This document shows positions 10,119 through 20,315 of a stretch of 64,000 nt of DNA, piece by piece. The stretch covers positions 1 through 64,000 of the IMG/VR virus record IMGVR_UViG_3300035670_000062; one strand, written 5' to 3'. The first letter of the stretch is position 1. Every line of letters begins with the position of its first letter. The position numbers and the translations under genes are program-made. This DNA is from a virus. The notes beneath the pieces are model-generated. The model made no database searches, was not told where the DNA came from, and saw nothing but the letters and a program-made list of their open reading frames with translations.

Positions 10119-11477
10119 ATGGTGTTAAAAAGTATAGAGGATTATGGACCTCATTTTCAATCAAAATTAATCGCATCTTTATTAACGGATAAAGAATTTT
10201 TAATCAACATTTCAGATAATCTTAATAGTGAGAATTTTTCAAATGATTCTCATAAATGGATTTGTGAGCAGATTATTAAGTATTATAAAATTTATCATAC
10301 TACACCTTCATTAGATTCATTAAAAATCGAAATGAAAAAGGTAGAAAATGATATATTAAAATTAGCAATAAAAGAAAAACTTAGAGAAGCATATTCATTA
10401 GCTGAATCTGATGATTTAAAATATATTCAACAAGAATATTCAACATTTATATTAAATGAAAACATAAAAAGAGCATTACTTACTTCAGTTGACATGTTAA
10501 AAGTTGGGGATTATGATTCAATAAGAACACTAATCAAAAACGCTATCAAATCAGGTGAGGATAAGAATATAGGTCACGATTATAATATTGATATTGAAAC
10601 TAGATATAGGGCTGATGCTCGTTCACCTATCCCATTTCCATGGGATGCATTTAATAAAATAACTCAGGGAGGATATGGTGATGGTGATTTAGTTTTATTG
10701 TTTGGTAATCCAAAAGGGGGTAAATCATGGGGTGCAATTGCTATGGCCGCTGAAGCTATAAAATTAGGTTATGATATCGTTTTTTATGCCTTAGAATTAG
10801 GAGAAAATTACGTTGGTAAACGATTTGATGCATGTTTAACAGGAATACCAGTAGATCAATTAGATAATCATAGAGATGAAGTTGAAAAAATATTAGCTAC
10901 TATTAAAGGTAAGTTAGTAATTAAAGAATATGCGCCTAAAAGAGCAACATTAAATACAATTGAATCACATTTAAATAAACTTGATTTTAAACCTCATGCT
11001 ATATTTATTGATTATTTAGATTTGTTAGCTAACAGGAAATCAAGAAGTGAGAAAAAAGATGATATTGATGATGTGTATGTAGATGCAAAAGGATTAGCAA
11101 AAGAATTAAAAATTCCTATAGTTTCTCCTTCACAAGCAAATAGAACAGGTGCTGATAAAGCTATTTTAGAAAGTGTTCATATAGGTGGAAGTTATGAAAA
11201 AATAATGATTGCCGATATTGTTATTTCATTATCCAGAAATAGAAAAGATAGAGTAGAAGGAACAGGAAGGTGGCATATTATGGGTAATAGATATGGAGCT
11301 GATGGATGTACATTCTATTCAAAGAATATAGATACATCAATGGGTCATTTTGAAATAGATGAAGTCCCTATGGATGACGATGAAATTGAAAACATGCATA
11401 AATCAGCTAAAAAAGAAATAGATAAATCAGAAAAGAAAGCATTAAAAGAAAAATTCTATGAACTAGGATTAGGATAA
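10119..11477 (+). CDS. DnaB-like replicative helicase (gp41-like)
   Basis: Walker A GNPKGGKS, LEL, IFIDYLDL, SQANR, NRYG. Confidence 0.92.
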   Translation: MVLKSIEDYGPHFQSKLIASLLTDKEFLINISDNLNSENFSNDSHKWICEQIIKYYKIYHTTPSLDSLKIEMKKVENDILKLAIKEKLREAYSLAESDDLKYIQQEYSTFILNENIKRALLTSVDMLKVGDYDSIRTLIKNAIKSGEDKNIGHDYNIDIETRYRADARSPIPFPWDAFNKITQGGYGDGDLVLLFGNPKGGKSWGAIAMAAEAIKLGYDIVFYALELGENYVGKRFDACLTGIPVDQLDNHRDEVEKILATIKGKLVIKEYAPKRATLNTIESHLNKLDFKPHAIFIDYLDLLANRKSRSEKKDDIDDVYVDAKGLAKELKIPIVSPSQANRTGADKAILESVHIGGSYEKIMIADIVISLSRNRKDRVEGTGRWHIMGNRYGADGCTFYSKNIDTSMGHFEIDEVPMDDDEIENMHKSAKKEIDKSEKKALKEKFYELGLG

Positions 11478-11499
11478 TATTTATATAAAAATTAAAACA

Positions 11500-12453
11500 A
11501 TGTCAGTAACACAACCAAGATTATTTTATAAACCATTCGAATATCAACAAGCATTCGAATTTTTTAAAAACCAACATAGAGCTCACTGGCTGGCAGATGA
11601 AGTACCTTTATCATCAGACATTAATGATTGGAAAATGAAATTAACAGAATCAGAGAAAAATTTAGTTGGTAATATTTTAAAAAGTTTTACTCAAACAGAA
11701 GTACATGTAAATGATTATTGGTCAACTAAAGTATCTTTATGGTTTCCAAAACCTGAAATACAAGCAATGGCTAGAGCATTTGCTGATTTCGAAAGTATCC
11801 ATGCTGAGGCTTATGGAAGATTAAATGAAGAGTTGGGATTGGATGATTTTGAAGCGTTTATGGAAGATGAAACAGCTAAAGCTAAAATAGATAGATTAGT
11901 AGAATTATCTGGAGATACACTTGAAGAAAAAGCATTATCTTTAGCTGTATTTTCTGCGTTTACTGAAGGTGTAAATTTATTTTCATCATTTGCTATATTG
12001 ATGTCTTTTCAATTAAGAAATTTAATGAAGGGAACAGGACAAATAGTTGCATGGAGCGTAAGAGATGAATCATTACATTCGACTGCAGGTTGTTGGTTAT
12101 TTAAAACACTAATAGCAGAACATCCAGAAATTAATACACAAGAATTTAAGAATGAAATCATTAAAGCTTGTAAATTAAGTGTACAACTTGAATTTGACTT
12201 CATTGATAAAGCGTTTGAAATGGGGGATATTGAGGGATTAACAAAAGAACAATTAAAAGCATTTATTAAAGTAAGAGCAAACCAAAAAATAACAGAATTA
12301 GGTTATTCTAATGTTTATTTTAATATTGATGAAGAAGCATATAGTAAAATGGAATGGTTTGGGCATTTGACAAGTGGATTAGAAATGGCTGATTTCTTTT
12401 CTTCTAAAGTATCAACGTATTCTAAATCGACGTCAGATTGGGATGACATTTAA
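11500..12453 (+). CDS. nrdB: Ribonucleotide reductase class I beta subunit
   Basis: KPFEY, W..EV.LSSD, ESIH..Y, EGVNLFSSF, RDESLH, DFF. Confidence 0.96.
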   Translation: MSVTQPRLFYKPFEYQQAFEFFKNQHRAHWLADEVPLSSDINDWKMKLTESEKNLVGNILKSFTQTEVHVNDYWSTKVSLWFPKPEIQAMARAFADFESIHAEAYGRLNEELGLDDFEAFMEDETAKAKIDRLVELSGDTLEEKALSLAVFSAFTEGVNLFSSFAILMSFQLRNLMKGTGQIVAWSVRDESLHSTAGCWLFKTLIAEHPEINTQEFKNEIIKACKLSVQLEFDFIDKAFEMGDIEGLTKEQLKAFIKVRANQKITELGYSNVYFNIDEEAYSKMEWFGHLTSGLEMADFFSSKVSTYSKSTSDWDDI

Positions 12454-12473
12454 TAATCACTTCATGTAAAATG

Positions 12474-12505
12474 TTTGGCTCCATAAGGAGCCATTCGTAT
12501 CTTCA
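12474..12505 (+). promoter_or_regulatory. Promoter with TGGCTCC-N4-GGAGCCA inverted repeat
   Basis: Repeated motif. Confidence 0.7.
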
Positions 12506-12543
12506 TATTATAAAATTAATTAATAAAAAAAAATAAAACAAAT

Positions 12544-12768
12544 ATGAATAAGATTATTTTAATCATTGTAACATTAATTTTAATAAATGTTGCTTACTTT
12601 TTATCACCTTTTAATGTCATCTTTTTATTAAATGTTGTTAATATGTTATCATTGATATTATTAATGGGAGTTAATTTATTTCTTTTAAGAAACCTAATCA
12701 AAACATACCTTGAAGAAACTATGACGGAGCCAGAATTAACATTACTTGAATTTGATGAAGAAAATTAA
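12544..12768 (+). CDS. Small membrane protein
   Basis: Two hydrophobic helices, acidic tail. Confidence 0.6.
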   Translation: MNKIILIIVTLILINVAYFLSPFNVIFLLNVVNMLSLILLMGVNLFLLRNLIKTYLEETMTEPELTLLEFDEEN

Positions 12769-12789
12769 TGTAAAACATTTATTAAAAGT

Positions 12790-13497
12790 ATGAGAAAATT
12801 AGTTATAGGAGACATACATGGTTGTTATGAAGAGTTTTTACAAGTCTTATTAAAATGTAGATTTGATACTGAAAAAGATACTTTAATTAGTTTAGGTGAC
12901 TTAGTAGATAGAGGACCTGATTCATTTAAAGTAGTTGATTTTATAATGAAATTACCTAATAAAATTTGTATTAGAGGTAATCATGATAAAGTGTGGGAAG
13001 AATATTTAGAAACTGGTGTGCATCCTTGGAATTTTATGCAAGGATCTCAAGAAACATTAGATTCTTACAATAGAGAAAAAAAACACAACAAAGAATTATT
13101 AGAACAACATTTAGAATTTTTTCAATCACAATTGAATTATTATTTAGACGAAAATGGAAACTTATTTGTTCATGGAGGATTAAATAGACATACTCGTTTA
13201 AAATGTCAAACAGATCACATGTTTTATTGGGACAGAGATTTTTTTATTCAAGCTTTATCAAGTGGATTATTAATAAATAATATGTTTAATAATGAATTTA
13301 AAATAAAAGAACCTACTGTCAAGAGAGTATTTTTAGGTCATACACCTACTGTAGCTTTTAACATACCAGATAACGATAAACCTATATTTGCAGCTAAAGG
13401 TAAAGTAATTAATTTAGACACAGGTTGTTGTTTTGGTAACAAATTATCAATAATGGACATTGATACTTTAGAGTATTGGCAGTCTGATAAAAAGTAA
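12790..13497 (+). CDS. Ser/Thr protein phosphatase-like metallophosphoesterase
   Basis: GDIHG, GDLVDRG, RGNHD, VHGG, GHTP, DTG. Confidence 0.93.
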   Translation: MRKLVIGDIHGCYEEFLQVLLKCRFDTEKDTLISLGDLVDRGPDSFKVVDFIMKLPNKICIRGNHDKVWEEYLETGVHPWNFMQGSQETLDSYNREKKHNKELLEQHLEFFQSQLNYYLDENGNLFVHGGLNRHTRLKCQTDHMFYWDRDFFIQALSSGLLINNMFNNEFKIKEPTVKRVFLGHTPTVAFNIPDNDKPIFAAKGKVINLDTGCCFGNKLSIMDIDTLEYWQSDKK

Positions 13498-13813
13498 TTG
13501 TACCAAATGTAATAATTTAAATAATAATATTTAATTTTCGAAGATAATCAATTTAAAGTAGGAACTTATGAAAATAGGTAAGGGATGAGATTGGGTGAAG
13601 AAAATGTAGCTACTAGGGAACATGGGGGTAAGACTGAAGCAACGAGGTAAGTAAGGAATGAAGTAATGATAAACACGGGTAATAACTGCTATTTAATAAG
13701 AACATGGATCTGACCCATCTTTCCCGCCACTCCAAGCATTTCTTCGCGTTCTTTAATATATCTTCACAGACTTGTGTCCATTATACATATGTGAAAGAAA
13801 AAATAAGTCGAGA

Positions 13814-13868
13814 AATTAAGCAAAGAATTAAGCAAAGAATTAAGCAATGTGGGTAAGAAATTGCTTAA
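13814..13868. repeat. Tandem 12-bp repeat AATTAAGCAAAG x2.8 plus inverted half-site TTGCTTAA
   Basis: Copies at 13814, 13826, 13838; inverted at 13861. Confidence 0.85.
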
Positions 13869-14504
13869 GGTTCTTAAAACATTATCAAATGTAGACAAGG
13901 TTCATAAATGTTCACAACTCCTCATCTTTTATGTAACCCTTCATCCAACTTTGACTTTTTCCTACATATTTATAACAAATAATGAGACATTATTGTAAAA
14001 TGTAATGTCAAATCGAGTAATGCAAAAGGAGCATAAGCTTGTTATAATGTTGGACAATTTATTTAGTTTTTATAAATAAAGTGAAAAATATTACATTATT
14101 GTTGAAGTTTCGGGATTGGTTACGACGTAGCTGTTAGTATTTCGCCTTGATGGCTCAGAACACAGACTTTCCTACATAAACACAACAGTAATATATGTTT
14201 TTCTATTATTTTAAGGCGATTTAAAACGCTCAAACATAATAAGCGCAGATGATAGCGTATAAACATAAAGTCGCCCATTTAAACGCAGTAGTTTAAGTGA
14301 GCTCACCCCGGGTAAACAAATAAACCATACAAATAGGGGTATATAAAAAGACATCAGGTTGAAAAAGACTTACCTGTGATTGTATGGAGTGAATGTAGGA
14401 TTGAAATATTTTACATTAGCTTTATTAACATGATTAAACGTTTTCATCTTTACATTAATTTGTAAGGACATTATTGTCTCCAGGCATCCACTTCTACATA
14501 AATG

Positions 14505-14536
14505 CTTGGCTACCTGAATGATGTTACGTATCTTTA
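14505..14536 (+). promoter_or_regulatory. Early-type promoter
   Basis: CTTG-N20-TATCTTTA followed by AAAGTTATG start. Confidence 0.7.
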
Positions 14537-14563
14537 CATTATAAGAAAATATAAATAAAAGTT

Positions 14564-14866
14564 ATGAAAAATTTAGTAAAAACAATCAATTCATTAAGAG
14601 AAGAAGAACAAATCAAGGTAATGTATAATGGTGAAGAATATTTTATTCAATGCTATTTAGAATTTAGTACAGGTGGTAAATCAATGTCAATGTATAAAAA
14701 ATCTAATTATGGCAGTTACCAGTCAATGAATATTGATAAAATAACCAACAAATATATTTCTTTATACACCTATGATATGCTTGGAAATAGAAATATTGCT
14801 AAAATAAAAATTGCAGACATATCAATGTCAGAAGAGGTTGAAACTGAACAAACACTTTCATTATAG
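14564..14866 (+). CDS. Hypothetical early protein
   Basis: ORF with own promoter and AAAGTTATG start. Confidence 0.7.
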   Translation: MKNLVKTINSLREEEQIKVMYNGEEYFIQCYLEFSTGGKSMSMYKKSNYGSYQSMNIDKITNKYISLYTYDMLGNRNIAKIKIADISMSEEVETEQTLSL

Positions 14867-14868
14867 TG

Positions 14869-14900
14869 TTTGGTTATCTGAGATATTCATCGTATCTTTA
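14869..14900 (+). promoter_or_regulatory. Early-type promoter
   Basis: TTTG-N20-TATCTTTA. Confidence 0.7.
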
Positions 14901-14936
14901 TGGTATAAGATAATTAGTTAATTAAAAATAAAAGTT

Positions 14937-15221
14937 ATGAAAACAATTGCAGATTTAAATTTAACCCAACTTGAAACACAAGTATTAACTTGTTTAATAG
15001 ACATGTTATACGCAGAAGAAGGATTTAGTGACGTAGAAGTTAGAGACATAGCCCATGAAATAAAAGTAACTAGTAAAAGTGTTAGAGGAGCAGTAGGCAG
15101 TTTAGTTAAAAAAGGTATAATATACACTGAGGAAACAAATACATGGGGAGCTCCAAAACATCAATTAATATACTTACAATCAGACTATTATTTCCTTCAC
15201 CCAGAATGGTCTAAACAATAA
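14937..15221 (+). CDS. Winged-helix DNA-binding protein
   Basis: LTQLETQVL...DIAHEIKVTSKSVRGAVGSLVKKGII. Confidence 0.7.
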   Translation: MKTIADLNLTQLETQVLTCLIDMLYAEEGFSDVEVRDIAHEIKVTSKSVRGAVGSLVKKGIIYTEETNTWGAPKHQLIYLQSDYYFLHPEWSKQ

Positions 15222-15235
15222 AAAACATCTACAAC

Positions 15236-15391
15236 ATGAAAGACATAATAATAGGAATTTTAATATATATGATATGGAATTCCTCAGTTCATTTACTTTA
15301 CCCTAATTTACTCCCAGCAATTTTTACTTTATGGATATTAATAATGATTGGGGAATTTATAATTACATTTAACAAAAACAAAACAACATGA
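15236..15391 (+). CDS. Small membrane protein (51 aa)
   Basis: ATG..TGA overlapping next ATG, hydrophobic. Confidence 0.5.
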   Translation: MKDIIIGILIYMIWNSSVHLLYPNLLPAIFTLWILIMIGEFIITFNKNKTT

Positions 15392-15666
15392 TATACACAA
15401 TAATTTCTATATTCGTATTCCCATCTATAATAGCATACATGACATTAAGTTTAATGGAAGATAAAGCAAAATTCTTTGTAGGACTATTAGTGGCAATTTT
15501 AGTAGCTGGGATAATAATGTTTACTACTATACTTTCTATAATGTACGTCGAAGAAAAAACTATAGAAAATATACATTCAGGTAAGTATGAAGTGATTCGC
15601 ATGTATACTATAGAGCAAGGAGACACAGTTGATACTCGTTTTAAATTGAAGAAAATAAAGAAGTAA
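15388..15666 (+). CDS. Membrane protein
   Basis: Two TM segments. Confidence 0.6.
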   Translation: MIYTIISIFVFPSIIAYMTLSLMEDKAKFFVGLLVAILVAGIIMFTTILSIMYVEEKTIENIHSGKYEVIRMYTIEQGDTVDTRFKLKKIKK

Positions 15667-15677
15667 TTGTAGGAATG

Positions 15678-15709
15678 TTTGGCTGCCTAAGAGATGATTC
15701 GTATCTTTA
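15678..15709 (+). promoter_or_regulatory. Early-type promoter
   Basis: TTTG-N20-TATCTTTA. Confidence 0.7.
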
Positions 15710-15734
15710 TGGTATAGGAAATTAGATAAAAGTT

Positions 15735-16130
15735 ATGACTACATTTAAAAAAGGTGACATAGTAGTATTAGTAGAGGATACTATGATGGCTTGTAGGTAT
15801 GGGAGTACAGCAAGAGTTATTAATGGATTAAATGATGATGAGATGATTGAGATTGAGTGGTTGGAGACATTGGATCGTAAGGAAGTTAAGACTCCACATT
15901 CAAGGCAAATGAATGGTTGGTATGATGCTAATAGATTTAAATTATGTCCTGAGTCTATTGTTGATGAAGAATCTCCTAAATTATACACTGCAGAGCAAAT
16001 GATTGAATTTGCTACGATGTTTACTGTATATTCTACTGATGAATTAGAGGCTTATAATGACATATGCAAACAAAGAGAAAATGAAGAGTATGAATTATAC
16101 CTTAAATTAAGTGCTAAATATAATAAATAA
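15735..16130 (+). CDS. Hypothetical protein (SH3-like N-terminus FKKGDIVVL)
   Basis: ORF with promoter. Confidence 0.65.
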   Translation: MTTFKKGDIVVLVEDTMMACRYGSTARVINGLNDDEMIEIEWLETLDRKEVKTPHSRQMNGWYDANRFKLCPESIVDEESPKLYTAEQMIEFATMFTVYSTDELEAYNDICKQRENEEYELYLKLSAKYNK

Positions 16131-16143
16131 ATAAATACATACA

Positions 16144-16446
16144 ATGAAGGAAGCAAAACAACGTGGGAGAAAAGCAGGCGTATCGTCTAAAAAATGTTTA
16201 GTAAGAGATGAATTATTACATCCATATGAAATTCATATCGATGAAGGTTCACATACATATTTACTTGTAGATTCAACTACAGGATTGAATGTAGCGTATT
16301 ACACTACTTTACCTCATGTATTAAAAGGTATATTGAGGCATAAATTGGTGCCTAGTGAAAAAGTGTACACGTTGCGACAATATCAAGAGGAAATGGAGAT
16401 GTTGAATGACAGAATGATGGATTTGTTAGGTATGAGACTTACATAA
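16144..16446 (+). CDS. Hypothetical protein with AT-hook-like RGRK
   Basis: ORF track. Confidence 0.6.
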   Translation: MKEAKQRGRKAGVSSKKCLVRDELLHPYEIHIDEGSHTYLLVDSTTGLNVAYYTTLPHVLKGILRHKLVPSEKVYTLRQYQEEMEMLNDRMMDLLGMRLT

Positions 16447-16831
16447 ATCTTTCTACCGTACGCTATATGTAACAATAATTTATCATGGTGTATGGTTATC
16501 GCGAAGTTGAATGTATGTAGTTGCGGGGTATTTCCCGCGTACATTGTTCACCATACGGTATGTATGCGTAATTATTATGTATATAGAATGCGCGTTGATA
16601 TCATCGTATATGTATGTAGTGGGTAAGATGTAATTATACTAAAACAGCCAGATCCAATACCCCTTACGCGTCGAAGCATATATATGTATATACCCCAACG
16701 TCCCACACATAAAGTTTACAAATGTGAAATGTTTGTAAAGACCCAAATTACGTAAAAGATTCTTCTTAAAAAAAAGTAGCGATCGACATTGATATATACT
16801 TATATATTTTAAAAACACTTACGTGAGGATA

Positions 16832-16863
16832 CTTGGCTACGTAGACGATGTTTCGTATCTTTA
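16832..16863 (+). promoter_or_regulatory. Early-type promoter
   Basis: CTTG-N20-TATCTTTA. Confidence 0.7.
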
Positions 16864-16885
16864 TGTATATAAAAAAATAAATAAA

Positions 16886-17737
16886 ATGAAAACATTAAAT
16901 TTAGTAAATATTGAACGAAGTGATATAAAATATCGTATTGATGAATTCCCTGATGGACAACAACAAGTTGTAATAGACACAGTAATTTACATTAGTAATG
17001 AACTTATTGTTGTAAAGTCTCGTTTAAATAACTTTCAAGATCTTGAACTTATTATTTGTGCTACTAAATCGTTACGTAATCTTGGAGTTAAAGAAATTCA
17101 TCTTTATACTCCATATTTTTTAGGTAGCCGAAGCGACAGACAGTTTGAAGAAGGAAGTAATAATTATCTTCGTGATGTAATTTGTCCTATTATCAACAGT
17201 CTTAACTTTGAATCTATAACTGTATTAGATCCTCATAGTGATGTATTAGAAGCTTGTTTAAATAATTTCAGAAAAAAACCAAACTCAGCATTAGTTAAAT
17301 TTGCTTTATATGATTTATATGAAGACATACCTTCTAAACAAAATTTCATTTTAATATCACCAGACGCAGGCGCAAGTAAAAAAATCTACAAGTTAGCCGA
17401 GCAAATTGATTACAAAGGAGACGTGATTACTTGCAGTAAAGATAGAGACGAAAAAGGTAAGTTAACTAAATGTGTTGTACCCTCTATACCATCAGGTAAA
17501 GACATAATCATTGTAGACGATATTTGTGATGGAGGGGCTACTTTTATCAACATTGCCAAAGAAATTAGAAATACTGAAGGATTTAATAATAAAATATGTC
17601 TCATTGTAACTCATGGTATATTTTCTAAAGGATTTAATGAGTTGTCTGAGTATTTTGATAATATATATTGTACAAATAGTTATTCAAATGTAAATGTAGG
17701 TCCTGGTTTTGTTAAACAGTTAGAAACATTTATGTAG
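16886..17737 (+). CDS. prs: Ribose-phosphate pyrophosphokinase-like protein (probable NARP1 ADPR-PP synthetase)
   Basis: FPDG, PYFLGSRSDR, DPHS, SPDAGA, IVDDICDGGATF, VTHG; start moved to ATG 16886 after the promoter. Confidence 0.9.
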   Translation: MKTLNLVNIERSDIKYRIDEFPDGQQQVVIDTVIYISNELIVVKSRLNNFQDLELIICATKSLRNLGVKEIHLYTPYFLGSRSDRQFEEGSNNYLRDVICPIINSLNFESITVLDPHSDVLEACLNNFRKKPNSALVKFALYDLYEDIPSKQNFILISPDAGASKKIYKLAEQIDYKGDVITCSKDRDEKGKLTKCVVPSIPSGKDIIIVDDICDGGATFINIAKEIRNTEGFNNKICLIVTHGIFSKGFNELSEYFDNIYCTNSYSNVNVGPGFVKQLETFM

Positions 17738-17742
17738 GGATG

Positions 17743-17774
17743 TTTGGTTACCTGAGTGATGTTTCGTATCTTTA
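17743..17774 (+). promoter_or_regulatory. Early-type promoter
   Basis: TTTG-N20-TATCTTTA. Confidence 0.7.
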
Positions 17775-17794
17775 TATTAACAAATAAATAAAAA

Positions 17795-19270
17795 ATGAGT
17801 TTAAAAATTAATCCTTTACTGATGACAGATGGATACAAAACAAGTCATAGACTTATGTATCCACCAAAAACAACTCTTGTATATAGTAATTATACTTGTA
17901 GAAGTGCTAAATATATGCCTGACATAGCTAAAAATGTTGTTGTGTTTGGCATTCAATATACATTTAGATATATTGATGACATATTCAGAAATGAATTTTT
18001 TAGTAGAGACAAATATCAAGTATGTCAAGAAGCTAAACAATATTTAAGTTCTTATTTAGGGACTGATTATGATGTATCACATTTTGAGGAATTACATGAT
18101 TTAGGTTATTTACCTATTAGGGTGAAGGCTTTGGAAGAAGGTACAGTTGTTCAAACAGGTATTCCTTTGTTTACTATTGTAAATACCCACTCCGATTTCT
18201 TTTGGATAACTAATTTTTTAGAAACTCTTATATCTACATTAATTTGGAAACCTGTACATTCAGCTTCCTTAGCTTATGGTTATAAAAAAATATTAACTAA
18301 ATATGCTGAAGAAACGGGTATAGATCCTATGTTTGTAAATTTTCAAGGACATGATTTTAGTTTTAGAGGCATGCAATCCCCAGAAGCTGCTATTAGTTCA
18401 GGAATGGGATTTTTAACATCTTTTATGGGAACCGATACATTACCTACTTTACAAGCTATAAAATATTATTATGGTGATGATAATGTAGGATTTAGCGTTC
18501 CTGCATCTGAACATAGTGTAATGTGTTCCCATGGTAAAGAAGGGGAAATAAATACTCTTAAATATCTTATGAAACAGTATCCTACAGGTATATTATCTGT
18601 AGTAAGTGATACATGGGATTTATGGAAACTTATTACAGAATATTTACCTCAACTTAAAGAAGAAATTTTATCAAGAGATGGTAAACTTGTAATTAGACCT
18701 GACAGTGGTGATCCTGTTGACATTATTTGTGGTCAACAATTTGATTATAAAATAAAAACTTCTAAACCAGAACATAAAGGAGTAATTGAACTTCTTTGGG
18801 ATATATTTGGTGGTACTGTAAATGAACAGGGTTACAAAGTGTTAGATCCTCATATTGGTTGTATTTATGGCGACAGTATTACTCCCGAAAGAGCTATTCA
18901 AATAGCTGAAAGACTTAAAGCTAAAGGATTTGCTAATCAAGTAGTATTAGGGATTGGTAGTTATTCTATGGGGTATGCCACTAGAGATAATCAAGGAGGT
19001 GCTGTTAAATCTACTTATGTAGAAGTTGATAATGAAGCTAGACCTATATTTAAAGATCCTATTACTGATGATGGTACTAAAAAATCTGCTAAGGGCTTAC
19101 TAATGGTTACTAAAGATGATTTAGAAAATTATATAGTTTTATCTAATGTTAGTAAAGGAGAAGAATCACAAGGGTTATTGAAACTTATTTACGAAGATGG
19201 TAGTTTTTATAATACTACTACATTAAATGAAATAAGAAATAGATTAGAAAGTAATATTAAACATTCATAA
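17795..19270 (+). CDS. nadV: Nicotinamide phosphoribosyltransferase-like protein (probable NARP1 Namat)
   Basis: TDGYKTSH, HDFSFRG, SVPASEHS, SVVSDTWD, IRPDSGDP, IYGDSI, KDPITDDG.KKS.KG. Confidence 0.94.
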   Translation: MSLKINPLLMTDGYKTSHRLMYPPKTTLVYSNYTCRSAKYMPDIAKNVVVFGIQYTFRYIDDIFRNEFFSRDKYQVCQEAKQYLSSYLGTDYDVSHFEELHDLGYLPIRVKALEEGTVVQTGIPLFTIVNTHSDFFWITNFLETLISTLIWKPVHSASLAYGYKKILTKYAEETGIDPMFVNFQGHDFSFRGMQSPEAAISSGMGFLTSFMGTDTLPTLQAIKYYYGDDNVGFSVPASEHSVMCSHGKEGEINTLKYLMKQYPTGILSVVSDTWDLWKLITEYLPQLKEEILSRDGKLVIRPDSGDPVDIICGQQFDYKIKTSKPEHKGVIELLWDIFGGTVNEQGYKVLDPHIGCIYGDSITPERAIQIAERLKAKGFANQVVLGIGSYSMGYATRDNQGGAVKSTYVEVDNEARPIFKDPITDDGTKKSAKGLLMVTKDDLENYIVLSNVSKGEESQGLLKLIYEDGSFYNTTTLNEIRNRLESNIKHS

Positions 19271-19277
19271 TGAAATG

Positions 19278-19309
19278 TTTAGCTACGTAGACGATGTTTC
19301 GTATCTTTA
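19278..19309 (+). promoter_or_regulatory. Early-type promoter (near-identical to the 16832 copy)
   Basis: GCTACGTAGACGATGTTTCGTATCTTTA shared. Confidence 0.65.
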
Positions 19310-19369
19310 CAGTGTAAGCATTTAAATACATTTAAATGTCATACTAAACAAATAAACACATTAAATAAT

Positions 19370-20254
19370 ATGACTCAAACAATAGGATACGCGTGTATAT
19401 CTTCTCTACTAAAAGAAAATACCACCAACAGAACAATTAGACTAAAAACATATCAAGAAAAAGGACTAGCTTTAGTGTCTAACTTGGCATTACAAAATGT
19501 AAAAGATCTAGTAAAACTAATAGAACACAATGAAAAAAATGCTATTAGATTTTTTAGAATGTCTTCCAACATATTCCCATGGCAGTCTACTTACGAGTTA
19601 GAAGACCTAGTTGACTACGATGAAATTTACGCTACATTAAAAATTGCTGCTTCATTAATTAAAAAATACAATCATCGTATTACAACTCACCCAGGACAAT
19701 TCAACGTTTTAGCTTCTCCTAAAAAGTCTGTCGTAGACAGAACAGTCAGAGACTTACGAGACCACGCCATCATAATGGACATACTTGAATTAAGCCAAAC
19801 ACCATACAATAAAATCAACATTCACGTAGGTGGTGCATATGGTGACAAAGACAAAGCATTGAAAACATGGTGTGAAAATTTCCAACTCCTACCAGACAAT
19901 GTCAAAAGTAGACTAACTATTGAAAATGACGACAAGGCTGCTAGTTTTAGTGTTAAAGATTTACTGTACATTTATGAAAATTGCAATGTACCTATAGTAT
20001 TCGATTATCATCACCATACGTTTAACACTGGAGGATGCAGTGAGGAAGAAGCGTTTAATTTGGCGTACAATACGTGGCATGGCATTAAACCTATATGTCA
20101 CGTTTCTGAACCAAGAGATCTAAAAAAGCCTAGATCACATCATGATTACATTTTGAAAAAGGTAAATACATACGGTAAAGAAGTAGATTTAATGTTTGAA
20201 TGTAAACAAAAAGACGCAGCTGTGTTGAAATACAGAGAACTTTTTCTTACATAA
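19370..20254 (+). CDS. uvsE: UV damage endonuclease
   Basis: IGYAC, FFRMSS, HPGQF, NIHVGG, IENDDK, VFDYHHH, ECKQKD. Confidence 0.95.
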   Translation: MTQTIGYACISSLLKENTTNRTIRLKTYQEKGLALVSNLALQNVKDLVKLIEHNEKNAIRFFRMSSNIFPWQSTYELEDLVDYDEIYATLKIAASLIKKYNHRITTHPGQFNVLASPKKSVVDRTVRDLRDHAIIMDILELSQTPYNKINIHVGGAYGDKDKALKTWCENFQLLPDNVKSRLTIENDDKAASFSVKDLLYIYENCNVPIVFDYHHHTFNTGGCSEEEAFNLAYNTWHGIKPICHVSEPRDLKKPRSHHDYILKKVNTYGKEVDLMFECKQKDAAVLKYRELFLT

Positions 20255-20256
20255 CA

Positions 20257-20288
20257 TTTGGCTTCCTAAGGAACTATTCGTATATTTA
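20257..20288 (+). promoter_or_regulatory. Promoter
   Basis: TTTG-N20-TATATTTA. Confidence 0.6.
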
Positions 20289-20315
20289 TATTATAATAAA
20301 AAACAAATAAAAGTT

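Noticed and set aside
19319-19338. CATTTAAATA-CATTTAAATG repeat upstream of uvsE
   Set aside because: Short and AT-only, so it could arise by chance; no second instance noticed
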